From: an uncultured Gemmatimonadaceae bacterium
GTDB taxonomy: Bacteria > Gemmatimonadota > Gemmatimonadetes > Gemmatimonadales > Gemmatimonadaceae
Direction of reading: 5' to 3'
DNA: 64,000 nucleotides
Assembly: GCA_963790305.1 (NCBI GenBank)
Contig: CAWBOC010000009.1
Span: 928,001-992,000 of the forward strand
Shown: one piece after another, positions 12,093 through 22,068 of the stretch
Layout: the number at the start of each line of letters is the position of its first letter
Position numbering within the stretch: position 1 is the first letter of the stretch
Program-made: the position numbers and the translations under genes
Notes under the pieces: generated by a model
What the model was told of the DNA's origin: nothing
What the model saw: only the letters and a program-made list of their open reading frames with translations
The model's database searches: none

Positions 12093-13238
12093 ATGCGCGC
12101 CACCCGAGCGAAGAACATTGCTCTCGTTCTCACTTCCATCACCGTGACCGTTGGCATTGCCGCGGCGGCCGGTGAAGCAGTCGTGCGCTATCGTGAGCGC
12201 ACTCGTACGACCGTTCCCGCAAGCATGCCTTTCCTGTTCTACCGCCACGAGCGGCTCCGTTACGCGCTCGTCCGCGATCAGGAGTACTACAAATGGGCGC
12301 ATGTGAATGCGTCCGGGTTTCGTGGCCGTCACGTCGAGGTCGCCAAGCCTGACGGCGTACTGCGAGTCATGGTGGTCGGAGGCTCGACCGTCTTCGATAG
12401 CACGGTCGACGGGGACGATCAGGCGTGGCCGGCTCGGCTGGAGCACCACCTCGGATGTTTGCTGCCAAGCCGCAAGGTCGAAGTGATCAACGCGGGTGTC
12501 CCCGGATATGTCATGCTGGACAACCTCATCCGCCTCCAGTCCGAGCTTTATGAGTTCAAGCCCGACATTCTGGTTCTCTACCAGGCGCACAACGACCTGC
12601 TGGCCGCACTCCACCGGATTCACGAGAGCTATCGCGGCCTCCGAACGCCCCGAGAGGTGGAGTCGGTAACTCCGTGGACACAGTGGCTGCGCGAGCATTC
12701 GCTGCTCTACAACAAGCTCGCTATCAAGGCCAAAGTCCTCCAGCGCGCTGCCTCGGCCAAGACCGCGAGCGGCGAGTCGTCTCCGCAGGCCTACACTGAA
12801 AGCATCGAAGCGGGTGCAGCGCGACACGAGAAGGACCTCCGCTCGTTCCTGCTGATCGCGCAGGGGTTCGGCATTCGTGTCGTCGTCCCACAAACCGCCC
12901 ACATTGGCGGTGACGATCCGAAAACGGTCGACTCCGAGATCGCGTGGATGTGGCAAAACGCGATTGGTGCTCCACTCGAGCACATCCTGTTCGGCTATCG
13001 GCGTTACGAAGAAGTGACCCGACAGCTGACAGCAGCTCTCAACGTGCCGTACCTAACGTTGAACGATACGGATTTGGAGAGCAAGCAATGGTACGCGGAT
13101 GGCGACCCTGTGCACTTCAACGACGAAGGCGCTGACCGCATGGCGTTCTGGATAGCTCGCAAATTGGCTGAGCAGGGAATCATCCAGCGCGAAGTGCAAG
13201 ACAACGGGGATCCGAACGCGTCGGCATGCCGGAAATAG
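12093..13238 (+). CDS. Membrane-anchored SGNH/GDSL hydrolase family protein
   Basis: N-terminal TM helix; VGGSTVF, EVINAGVPG, AHND and DPVHFNDEG. Confidence 0.8.
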   Translation: MRATRAKNIALVLTSITVTVGIAAAAGEAVVRYRERTRTTVPASMPFLFYRHERLRYALVRDQEYYKWAHVNASGFRGRHVEVAKPDGVLRVMVVGGSTVFDSTVDGDDQAWPARLEHHLGCLLPSRKVEVINAGVPGYVMLDNLIRLQSELYEFKPDILVLYQAHNDLLAALHRIHESYRGLRTPREVESVTPWTQWLREHSLLYNKLAIKAKVLQRAASAKTASGESSPQAYTESIEAGAARHEKDLRSFLLIAQGFGIRVVVPQTAHIGGDDPKTVDSEIAWMWQNAIGAPLEHILFGYRRYEEVTRQLTAALNVPYLTLNDTDLESKQWYADGDPVHFNDEGADRMAFWIARKLAEQGIIQREVQDNGDPNASACRK

Positions 13239-13284
13239 AACGCGCCGCGACCGCAATGCTCTATTCCATGAACTGCCACCACGC

Positions 13285-14442
13285 GTGAGCCCGCTTCGGA
13301 GCACACCGACGCCTGGATTCACCGTCATTGATGATTTCGAAGGATTGCAACGGCTGCGTGGAGAATGGGACGAGCTGCTCGCCGCTGACGCGCATCAGAA
13401 TCCCTTTCTGAGCTTCAGCTGGACGCGATCCTGGCTGCGCAGCTTTGCCGCGAGCTACGACCGCTTTCTCGTCCTTCGCGTCGAAGAGCCCGGCCAGTTT
13501 CGCGGCATCCTCCCACTCATCGTTCGACGCACGTGGTCCGGAGGGATTCCAGTGAGATCCCTCGAGTTCCCCGGTGGCGATGACAGCGTATTCAAGGGCC
13601 CGGTCGCGGAGGGCAATGCGGGCAGGCTGGTCGATCGGGTACTGCGTGGACTCGCGAGTGATGTTCGTGGGTGGGACACACTCGGCTTCGATAGCTTGCC
13701 CGATGACTCGCCGTGGGTCACCGAGTTTGCCCGGGCGTTCCAGCAGCGTTCGCTTCGTTGCGATCGACATCCAACGCACGAATCGCCATACCTCCGGCTT
13801 CCCGGCAGCTACGACGATCTGCGCAAATCGCTGAAGAAGAGCCTGCGTCAGAATCTCTCACGCAAGCTGAACATGGCGGAGCGCGAAGGCATCGTATTCG
13901 AGCGACTCACAGGCGCTGCTGTGCGTGCTGAGCACTTTCGTGAAGCACAGGACGTCGAGCGGCGGAGCTGGAAAGGTCGACAGGGCATCGGGATTTTCGT
14001 GGACGAGCCCCATTTGTCCCTGCACGTTGGATTGCTCGACGACAGCCCGCCTTTTGACGTGGATCTGCTTTTTCTCCGAGTCGGCGGACAGGCGATCGCC
14101 TTCCAATACGGCTTTCTTCTGGGCAACCGCTACTACGCGTACAACACGTCCTACAATGAAGCGTTTCAGCGGCTGTCACCGGGAATGCTTGCGATCAACT
14201 CGCTGTTGGAGGAGCTGATCCCCGGGGGAATCGAGGTTTTCGATTTTCTCGTGGGTGAGGACAGCTATAAGCGGGACTGGACCGCGGATGCTCGTGGCCT
14301 GGAAGGATTCACGGTCTTTCAAAAGTCTCTCGCTGGTCAGCTTGCCTTCCGTGTGGAGCGCCTGCGGCCGCCGGTTCGGCGCATACGCAACCTGGTACGC
14401 AAGCTGGTTCAGCCCCCTGCGTCCAAGAAAGCGGTTTCGTAG
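13285..14442 (+). CDS. CelD/BcsL-like GNAT acetyltransferase (Acetyltransf_6)
   Basis: EWDELL...PFLSFSW, LSPGML and FDFLVGEDSYKRDW. Confidence 0.85.
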   Translation: MSPLRSTPTPGFTVIDDFEGLQRLRGEWDELLAADAHQNPFLSFSWTRSWLRSFAASYDRFLVLRVEEPGQFRGILPLIVRRTWSGGIPVRSLEFPGGDDSVFKGPVAEGNAGRLVDRVLRGLASDVRGWDTLGFDSLPDDSPWVTEFARAFQQRSLRCDRHPTHESPYLRLPGSYDDLRKSLKKSLRQNLSRKLNMAEREGIVFERLTGAAVRAEHFREAQDVERRSWKGRQGIGIFVDEPHLSLHVGLLDDSPPFDVDLLFLRVGGQAIAFQYGFLLGNRYYAYNTSYNEAFQRLSPGMLAINSLLEELIPGGIEVFDFLVGEDSYKRDWTADARGLEGFTVFQKSLAGQLAFRVERLRPPVRRIRNLVRKLVQPPASKKAVS

Positions 14443-14489
14443 CTGCGCGTTAGGCTCTCAGTGACACGTTATCGCGTTCTTGCGGCAGC

Positions 14490-15491
14490 ATGCTGACCGG
14501 GATCTTGCGGCCGTTTGCGCGGTCGGGAGCAATCCTCTGCTACCACGGCATCGCGTCGGGCCAGATTGGTTCTCCCGTACATCATACGCTGGCCGAGGTG
14601 GAGGCGGCCGTGGGGGTCGCGCGCGACCTGGGTAGAATTGTTCCGCTGAGCGACTTCGTCAGCATCCATCAAAGCGGAAGGAGCACCGCCGGGCTGTTCG
14701 CCATCACGTTCGACGACGCTTATCTGTCCCTGCAGGCCGCGGCTGCTTTTCTACGCCGGGAACAGGTGCCTGTTACCGTGTTTGCCGTTTCCGACGCGCT
14801 TGATGATGGGCGAGCTTTCTGGTGGGACCGGCTGGGAGCAGTGCTGGGGCGACTCACGCCGGGGAGCATCACGGCCTTGAGCGACCGTTGGGCGATTCCG
14901 GCGTGGTTCCGGGACAAGTGGTCGGGTCCCGATTTCCCTCCGGGATGGGAGCTTCGGCAGTGGGTTGTCGCGCGTTATGCGGGCCGGTGGCCCGCTGAGC
15001 TCGAGGAAGCACTTCGAGAGTTGCAGCCGTCCGCCGAGCTGGCGATTACCGACCGGTCCATGACGTGGTCGGAGCTTTCGGACTTCGCAGGAACGGGGTT
15101 GGTTGAAATCGGCGTTCACACCCGCTCCCATCCGGCGCTGCCGCTGCTTCCGATCGCCGAGCAGCAACAGGAAATCGGTGGGTGTTACGAGTCGCTGCGC
15201 GCCCACTTTCATGCAACGTCGCCGATACTGGCGGCGCCCTTTGGCTTCTTCAACGCAGACACGATCGCGGCAACGCGGGCCAGCGGCCTACAGGCCTGCC
15301 TCGGCTTAGGCGATCGCACGCTGCGGTATGAAGGAAGCAGCGGAGCGCTTCCGCGCTTCTGTATGATGCACCCGCAGTCTCGCGTCCGGCTTGGACCGCG
15401 CCTATCGGGTGTCTTCGACCGGATCCGCGCCTGGCGCGGGAAAGGCGATGCGGAGATCCCCGTGGTTCCCAGTTTGGTTGAAGGCGCGTAG
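14490..15491 (+). CDS. Polysaccharide deacetylase (NodB-like)
   Basis: LCYHG, ITFDDAY, FWWD, EIGVHTRSHP and APFG. Confidence 0.85.
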   Translation: MLTGILRPFARSGAILCYHGIASGQIGSPVHHTLAEVEAAVGVARDLGRIVPLSDFVSIHQSGRSTAGLFAITFDDAYLSLQAAAAFLRREQVPVTVFAVSDALDDGRAFWWDRLGAVLGRLTPGSITALSDRWAIPAWFRDKWSGPDFPPGWELRQWVVARYAGRWPAELEEALRELQPSAELAITDRSMTWSELSDFAGTGLVEIGVHTRSHPALPLLPIAEQQQEIGGCYESLRAHFHATSPILAAPFGFFNADTIAATRASGLQACLGLGDRTLRYEGSSGALPRFCMMHPQSRVRLGPRLSGVFDRIRAWRGKGDAEIPVVPSLVEGA

Positions 15492-15495
15492 AAAC

Positions 15496-15531
15496 CACAG
15501 AGGCCCCGGACGATTGCCCGGGGCCTCTGTG
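15496..15531. terminator. Hairpin between convergent genes, probable bidirectional terminator
   Basis: Perfect 14-bp stem CACAGAGGCCCCGG / CCGGGGCCTCTGTG with an 8-nt loop. Confidence 0.7.
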
Positions 15532-15553
15532 TATTGTCTCTGTCTGACAGCGC

Positions 15554-17974
15554 TTACTGCTCCACCCCTGCCACGGGATACGCCCCGATCCAGTCGTTGC
15601 TGTTCCCGCTCACGCGTGCCGCCAGATTCCCCCACTCGATCCCGTTGCCGACGTACGAGGCCCCGGCTTGTCCCGACAGGCCCCACCGTGCTGTGCGATA
15701 TAGCGCGTCCGTCATGCCCGACATGTTTCTGGTTCCTTCCCCAAGCAAGGTGCCCGTGGAGCTGTACACCCGGAACGTCACGACCCCAGAGGTCGACGAC
15801 GTGCGGCTGAGCCGCCACTCGAGACGCTGGACGCTACCCTTGGGAATGCCAGAGGCGAGCCGGATGTTGCTTTGGGCCGAGTTGGCCACGTCCAGGTCGT
15901 AGGTCCCACCACTCCCGGCCTCAATCAGCCACGCCCACTTCACATCACCGACGTTGCACTGATTGCCGTGATCGGCGCCGGTATTCGCCCCGTTCGGGAG
16001 CGAATTGCGAATGTACATTCGAAGGAAGACGTACTCGCCCACCGCCGGAGCTCGCCACAGGTTGTTCGCGACCCACTGCACGTCGAGCGCACCCGCATGG
16101 ACATTGCGCGCGACGTTGACTGTTCCCGACGGGAAGCCCAGGCCTGACGACGAGACCATCACCACAGTAGCGTTGGACGCCTCCCGAACCAGCCCGCGCG
16201 CGGTCAGGGTACCCGAGCGGAAATCCTCGAACCAGTCCAGCGAACAGGTGCCGGTACACGGGGGCGGCGGCGGCGGTGGCGCCGTAACAGTTATCGCGGA
16301 GGTGTCGGCGAATGCACCCTTCGTCCCGATCGCCCGGAAGCTCCCGCCGCTACTTCCAGCGGTATAGAGCCCGGCCGCGGTGATCGTCCCTCCGGTCGCC
16401 GTCCACGTCACCCCGGTGGCCGTGCGCGAGGACCCGTCGCTCAACACTTCGGTCGCCGCAAACTGCTGCGTCGCGGCCGTCGCCAGCGTTACCGTCGCCG
16501 GTGTCACATCCATCCGCGTTACTACTGGCGGTGCGGTAATCGTCACCGCCGCGGTGTCGGCGAAGGCCCCCTTCGTCCCGATTGCCCGGAAGCTCCCGCC
16601 GCTACTGCCTGCCGTGTAGAGCCCGGCGGCAGTGATCGTCCCGCCGGTCGCCGTCCATGTCACACCTGTGGCAGTGCGCGAGGATCCGTCGCTCAATACT
16701 TCGGTCGCCGCAAACTGCCGCGTTGTGCCTGTAGCCAGCGTTACCGTGGCCGGCGTCACGTCCATGCGAGTCACCACCGGCGGAGGCGGCGGTGCGGTAA
16801 TCGTGACTGCCGCGGTATCGGCGAAGGCGCCCTTCGTCCCGATCGCCCGGAAGCTCCCGCCGCTACTTCCAGCGGTATAGAGCCCTGCCGCGGTGATCGT
16901 CCCGCCGGTCGCCGTCCACGTCACCCCGGTGGCCGTGCGCGAGGACCCGTCGCTCAACACTTCGGTCGCCGCAAACTGCTGCGTTGCCGCTGTTGCGAGC
17001 GTCACCGTCGCCGGCGTCACGTCCATCCGAGTCACCACCGGTGGAGGCGGCGGGGGCGGCGGCGCGGTGACCGTTATCGCCGCCGTGTCGGCCAGCGTGC
17101 CGCCCTGCTGGGTGGCAATCACGCGATAGTTCCCGCCGCTACTGCCGGCGGTATAGAACCCCGCGCCGGTGATCGAGCCCCCAGTCCCCGCGTACGTCAC
17201 CGCGGCCGGTTGCTGCGTGCCATTACTCATGAGGGCCACGGCAGTGAACTGCTGCGTCGCCCCGCTGGCCAGCGTCACGGAGGCCGGGGTCAACACGATT
17301 TGCGTTACGACCGGCGGAGGCGCCGGCGGCGAATTCACCGTCACCACCGAGGTCCCGCTTCTCCCCTCCACCACGGCCGTCATCGTCGCCTGCCCCGCAG
17401 ACACACCGATGACCACGCCCGCCTGTGAGACCGTCGCCGCCGCGCTGTTGCTCGACCAGGTCGCGGCCCGCCCCACCAGCGGCTGTCCGGCCGAGTCGGC
17501 CGCCACCGCCACCAACTGAAGCGCCGACCCGACCACCACCGTCGCTGGCGCGGGGCTCACCGTGACCGTCGCCACCGGCACGAGCGTCACGTCGACCCCC
17601 GCCGTCGCCGAGATCTCCGTCGTCCCGGACAGCGCGGTCGCTCGCACCGTCGTGTGCCCCGGCGCGCGGCCCCACAAGTCTCCGGTCGGCGTCACCCGCG
17701 CCACCGCCGTGTCCTCCACGGCCCACGTGATCGTCACGTTCGGAACCGCCACGCCTAACGGGTCGACCGGCGTCGCGGCCAACGGCACCCGCGTCCCCAC
17801 ACGCACTAACGCCGCGCCCGGCGTCAGCCGAATCGCGGCGATTGCCCGCTCGACACTCTCCACAACCCGCTGCGTGTCGCACGCCATCCCGCTCACAGCG
17901 ACGCCAGCCAACACCGCGGCCAACGCGACCCGCGGACGAAGGAACGCCACACGCGTACCAAGGGAGGAACGCAT
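15554..17974 (-). CDS. Ig-like (Big_2) repeat surface lipoprotein / adhesin with a C-terminal domain of unknown function
   Basis: ATG at 17974 follows GGAGGG. The signal peptide ends at a lipobox-like GMAC. Repeated V.VTPA....GA..QF.A Ig units are separated by poly-Pro linkers. Confidence 0.8.
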   Translation of the reverse strand: MRSSLGTRVAFLRPRVALAAVLAGVAVSGMACDTQRVVESVERAIAAIRLTPGAALVRVGTRVPLAATPVDPLGVAVPNVTITWAVEDTAVARVTPTGDLWGRAPGHTTVRATALSGTTEISATAGVDVTLVPVATVTVSPAPATVVVGSALQLVAVAADSAGQPLVGRAATWSSNSAAATVSQAGVVIGVSAGQATMTAVVEGRSGTSVVTVNSPPAPPPVVTQIVLTPASVTLASGATQQFTAVALMSNGTQQPAAVTYAGTGGSITGAGFYTAGSSGGNYRVIATQQGGTLADTAAITVTAPPPPPPPPVVTRMDVTPATVTLATAATQQFAATEVLSDGSSRTATGVTWTATGGTITAAGLYTAGSSGGSFRAIGTKGAFADTAAVTITAPPPPPVVTRMDVTPATVTLATGTTRQFAATEVLSDGSSRTATGVTWTATGGTITAAGLYTAGSSGGSFRAIGTKGAFADTAAVTITAPPVVTRMDVTPATVTLATAATQQFAATEVLSDGSSRTATGVTWTATGGTITAAGLYTAGSSGGSFRAIGTKGAFADTSAITVTAPPPPPPPCTGTCSLDWFEDFRSGTLTARGLVREASNATVVMVSSSGLGFPSGTVNVARNVHAGALDVQWVANNLWRAPAVGEYVFLRMYIRNSLPNGANTGADHGNQCNVGDVKWAWLIEAGSGGTYDLDVANSAQSNIRLASGIPKGSVQRLEWRLSRTSSTSGVVTFRVYSSTGTLLGEGTRNMSGMTDALYRTARWGLSGQAGASYVGNGIEWGNLAARVSGNSNDWIGAYPVAGVEQ
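16283..17037 (-). repeat. Three near-identical tandem Ig-unit repeats (about 250 bp each) inside the adhesin gene
   Basis: VVTRMDVTPATVTLAT...QFAATEVLSDGSSRTATGVTWTATGGTITAAGLYTAGSSGGSFRAIGTKGAFADT occurs three times. Confidence 0.9.
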
Positions 17975-17996
17975 AAAAAGACCCTCCATGAGGCTC

Positions 17997-18094
17997 GTTC
18001 GGCGGCCCGACTGGCCTGGCCGGGAGCGATACCTCCCAGGCGTTAGCCTCGTAGCTTTGCGTCGCCGTCTTTCGACGGGTTTGCCCTTGTCGCG
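17997..18094 (-). promoter_or_regulatory. Cyclic di-GMP-I (GEMM) riboswitch
   Basis: The minus strand reads ACAAGGGCAAACCCGTC-GAAA-GACGGCGACGCAAAGCTACGAGGCTAAC...GCCAGTCGGGCCGCCGAA. This shows GGCAAACC, a GAAA tetraloop, GACGCAAAGC and a terminal GCCGAA, just upstream of the RBS. Confidence 0.85.
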
Positions 18095-18415
18095 GCCCGT
18101 GAGGGCGGAGCGATCGTGCCGTGCAATTGTGAGCTGCGACACCAGACATCCGGTGCGCCAGCTGAATGACACGTCTTACAGGAGCGACGGTCTAGGAGCG
18201 TGGCAGTAACGCGCTCCACACCGCTAAGAACCCGTGAGCAAACATTGTGCGAAGGCACATGTGCATCGCGGGCGAGTCATCGGCCGAGATTCGCGTGGGA
18301 AAATAATGACCAATGTAGCGATCGCGGGTGACGTGAGTCACGCGACTCGTCCATTTGCTGACTGATTTCACGACTCACGCCGAGGCGCCTCGCGCCTCGC
18401 GGGGTAAAAAGCTCA

Positions 18416-18443
18416 GAGGCCCCGGACCGTAGCCCGGGGCCTC
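18416..18443 (-). terminator. Hairpin downstream of the second adhesin gene, paralog of 15496-15531
   Basis: GAGGCCCCGG-accgtagc-CCGGGGCCTC, followed on the minus strand by a T-run (AAAAA at about 18406-18410). Confidence 0.65.
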
Positions 18444-18466
18444 CGTGTTGTGCCTGCTGAAAGGGT

Positions 18467-21400
18467 TTACTGCTCCGCTCCAGCTACGGGATACGCCCCG
18501 ATCCAGTCGTTGCTGTTCCCGCTCACGCGCGCCGCCAGATTCCCCCACTCGATACCGTTGCCGACATACGAGGCCCCGGCTTGCCCGGACAGGCCCCACC
18601 GCGCCGTGCGATACAGCGCGTCGGTCATGCCGGAGAGGTTTCTGGTCCCTTCACCCAACAACGCGCCGGTCGAGCTGTACACCCGGAACGTCACGACGCC
18701 AGACGTCGACGACGTGCGGCTCAACCGCAATTCCAACCGCTGCACGCTGCCTTTGGTGATGCCCGACGCGAGGCGGATGTTGCTCTGCGCCGAATTGGCC
18801 ACGTCCAGGTTGTAGCTCCCCCCGCTCCCGGCTTCAATCAGCCACGCCCACTTCACATCACCGACGTTGCACTGATTGCCGTGATCGGCGCCGGTATTCG
18901 CTCCGTTCGGAAGCGAATTGCGAATGTACATGCGGAGGAAAACGAACTCACCAACGGCCGGAGCGCGCCACCGGGAATTCGCGACCCACTGCACATCGAG
19001 CGCACCCGCGTGGATGTTGCGCGCAACGTTGACCGTCCCCGACGGGAAGCCAAGTCCCGACGCCGGGACGATGACCGCGTTGGCGTTGGACGCCTCCCGA
19101 ACCAGACCTTTCGCTGTGAAGGTGCCAGACCGGAAATCCTCGAACCAGTCCAGTGAACACGTACCGCTACAGGGGGGTGGTGGTGGAGGTGGAGCGGTCA
19201 GGGTGATCGCGGACGTATCGGCGAGGATGCCGCCCTGCTGCGTGGCGATCACTCGGTAGCTGCCCCCGCTACTCCCCGCGGTATAGAGTCCCCCGCCGCT
19301 GATCGTGCCCCCGGTCGCCGTGTACGTCACCGTCGCCGGCTGCTGCGTCCCATTACTCATCTGGGCGGTGGCCGTGAACTGCTGCGTCGCCCCCGTAGCC
19401 AACGTCGCTGAGGCCGGCGTCAGGATGATCCGCTGCACCACTAGTGGCGGCGGAGGTGGCGGCGCGGTAACTGTCACCGCAGCCGTTCCGTTCCGGCCCT
19501 CGCTGGTAGCCGTGATGGTGACCGGACCGCCGGCGGCAACAGCCGTCACGACACCCGACGACGAGACCAAGGCGACCGCTGGCGTGCCACTACTCCAACT
19601 GATCGCGCGTCCAGTCAACACGTTTCCTGCCGCATCACGCAGCGTCGCCGCGAGCTGGACCGTTTGCCCGGCACCGATGCTTGCCGTCGCCGGGGTCACT
19701 GTCACCGTCGCCACAGGCGCCGGTGGCGGGGGACCTGCGTTGGTCACCGTTAGCGAAGGCGTCGCGCGATGCCTTCCGACACTCGCGACGATGGCAGCGC
19801 TTCCAGCGCCGCGACCGGTCGCCCGTCCGCTGGCGTCAATCGTGGCGTACCCGGGATGATTCGTGTACCAGCTCACCGGTACGCCCCGTGAGGACATTGC
19901 CCGCGGCGTCGCGCGCCGTCGCCGTCAGCTGCATGGTTTGGCCGATCGGCACGCTGCCCGACGCCGGCGCAATCGACAGGAATGCCACCGGCGCCTGAAG
20001 CGATGGCGGTGGTGGCGGGGCGGGGGAGGCGGCGCCGCATCGTGACGGTCAGCCAGACCGAGGCACCGTATGCCTTCGACGCTCGCGACGATGGCAGCGC
20101 TCCCAGCGCCGCGACCGGTTGCCCGTCCAGCTGGCGTCAATCGTCGCGTACCCGGGATGATTCGAGTACCACGTCGCCGTACGCCCGGTGAGGATGTTCC
20201 CGGCTGCGTCGCGCGCCGTCGCGTGAATTGCACGGTCTGCCCGACCTGGACACTGCCCGACGCTGGCGTGATCGACACGGATGCGACCGGCGCCTGCGAC
20301 GGCGGTGAGCCCCCGGTCACCGTGAGCGAGGCGTACGCCGCTCTGCCCTTCGCTCGTCGCGCGCAACACGGTGGTCCCCGCACTCACGCCGACGGCGCGG
20401 CCCGTGCCGTCCACCGTTGCCACGCCCGACCACTGAAGAGGTCCACGTCACCGCGCGACCTGTCAGAGGATTCCCCGCTGCGTCTCGCGGAGTCGCGACG
20501 AACTGAAGCGCCTGCCCGACCGGAACGGTGCCGGAGCCTGGGACCACGGACACGGACGCCACCGGTGTTGCTCCGGCGACCGTGATCGTCGAGCGTCCGG
20601 AAATGCCGCCCGCGCTGGCGGAGATGTCCGCCGTACCATTGGCGAGTGCGGTCGCGAGCCCGCTCGATGAGACACTGACAGCGCTCGGATTCGACGACGT
20701 CCAGGCGAACGTCGTTGCCACCGGATTCCCGGCGGCATCACGCGCGGTTGCCGCGAGTTGCGTCGACGCGCCAATGGCGAGCGATGCCGCCGCCGGGGTC
20801 ACGTCGATCGATGCGATGGTGGCCGGCGCCGCCTGCGAGACGACCACGTCGTCCACATACAGCGTCTGCGTTTGCGCGACCGGCGTCGGCGCGTATTGCA
20901 ATAGCTGGATCGAGCTGATTACGAGGTTCGTCGTGTTGCGAAAGCGGAGCCCCGTCCACTCGCCGCGAAGCGTTCCATCGATCCACATGCGCTGCACGCC
21001 ATTCGCCTGGCCGGGCGTGTTCGCCTGAACGAAAAACTCCACGCGATGCCACGCATTGCGAGTGAGGATGCCCTGCCCCTTGTACGTGGTGGGGAGCCCG
21101 ACGTCGCCCGAGCACTGTGTGCCCGTGCGCGGCATGTCCAGATGATAGGTCGAGAATCGCAGCGGCCCGGGGTCGCCCACGTCGGCGAAGACGAAGGAGT
21201 TGAAGAAATCATCCCCGGTCGGACAGACCCCAACCTTTCCGTGGGCCGACCATTGATTCGTTCGGCGTGAGCCATAGACGCCGAGGAGGTACGTGCCTCC
21301 GCGCCACGCGGCGGGAAAGCGGATCCAGTAGCTGACGTGCACCGACTCATAGCCAGGCAGGAGAAACTTGGTCAGCCAGCTTCCTTCTCCCCCTGCGGGA

Positions 21401-21648
21401 TACGTGACGGCCAGCGCGCGAGAACCCGAGCGCGCCAGAGTGGCGTCGGTGATGATGCGATGAACGGCGGGATCGGCACCGTCGTCCCATTTCGTGAGCG
21501 TTCCAGATTCGAAATCCTCCTGGAACAGCGGCGGCGCCGCGACGACGTCGAATGCGGGTACATCGACGGTACCCGTGGGCGTGTCATTGTCTGCACACGC
21601 GAGCAGGCCGATCGCGACCGCGACCGTGGCGAGCAGTGTGTTGCGCAT
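18467..21648 (-). CDS. Large surface lipoprotein with an N-terminal polysaccharide-lyase/LamG-like domain, Big_2 repeats and the shared C-terminal domain; several apparent frameshifts in 19870-20460
   Basis: ATG at 21648 follows GGAG and begins MRNTLLATVAVAIGLLAC (lipobox). FQEDFESG...WHRVEF...NTPGQANG..RMWIDG is a jelly-roll pattern. Ig units are split across ORFs 20317-21732, 20049-20423, 19925-20383 and 18467-19897. Confidence 0.72.
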
Positions 21649-21670
21649 GAATCTCCGAAAGCTGCGCACA

Positions 21671-21762
21671 CTTCGGCGGCTCGACTGGCGTGGCGCACGT
21701 GTGTGCGCGGTAGCCTCGGAGCTTTGCGTCACCGCCTTTCGACGGGTTTGCCTTTGTCGCTA
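21671..21762 (-). promoter_or_regulatory. Cyclic di-GMP-I (GEMM) riboswitch
   Basis: The minus strand reads ACAAAGGCAAACCCGTC-GAAA-GGCGGTGACGCAAAGCTCCGAGGCTAC...GCCAGTCGAGCCGCCGAAG, ending about 20 nt before ATG 21648. Confidence 0.85.
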
Positions 21763-22068
21763 CCCTCACCAGGGCAGACGATCGTGCCTAGTTCATTTGT
21801 GCGACGTGGTTATTGCCTTGGTGCTTCTCCCAATGAAAGAAGCGGGAATGGCCGCGGCGTCGCGGTTGACGCGTGGCCTGTGCGCAAGGCGCGTGCGCAA
21901 GCGTGCCGCGCATCACGATATCTCGCACAAAGGCCGATATCCCTGCTGCGTCACCACATCGCGGTGACGCGTATCACGCACGAGCACGACATGCCTCACG
22001 AGTGACAAACAACTGTAGCGAGAGGCACGCGAATGGACAACCCGTGAACGAATTTTTTTTCTTTTTTT

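Noticed and set aside
17975..18172. N-terminal extensions in ORF-track entries 15554..18172 and 20317..21732
   Set aside because: They run through the riboswitches. RBS and signal peptides support starts at 17974 and 21648.
15554..19170. Diversity-generating retroelement (TR/VR pair) from the two similar C-terminal regions
   Set aside because: Differences are mostly synonymous third-position changes rather than adenine-specific. Both copies are coding, and there is no reverse transcriptase in the window.
15554..21648. PEP-CTERM sorting signals on the adhesins, or an exosortase gene
   Set aside because: The C-termini lack a PEP-TM-basic tail, N-terminal lipoboxes are present, and no exosortase is visible in this window.
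17997..21762. c-AMP-GMP-sensing GEMM variant
   Set aside because: Both aptamers keep G at the discriminating position by visual alignment.
18105..21795. Sigma54 promoters at the shared GGCACGATCG motif
   Set aside because: GG-to-GC spacing is 11-12 nt rather than the strict 10, and there is no TTGC.
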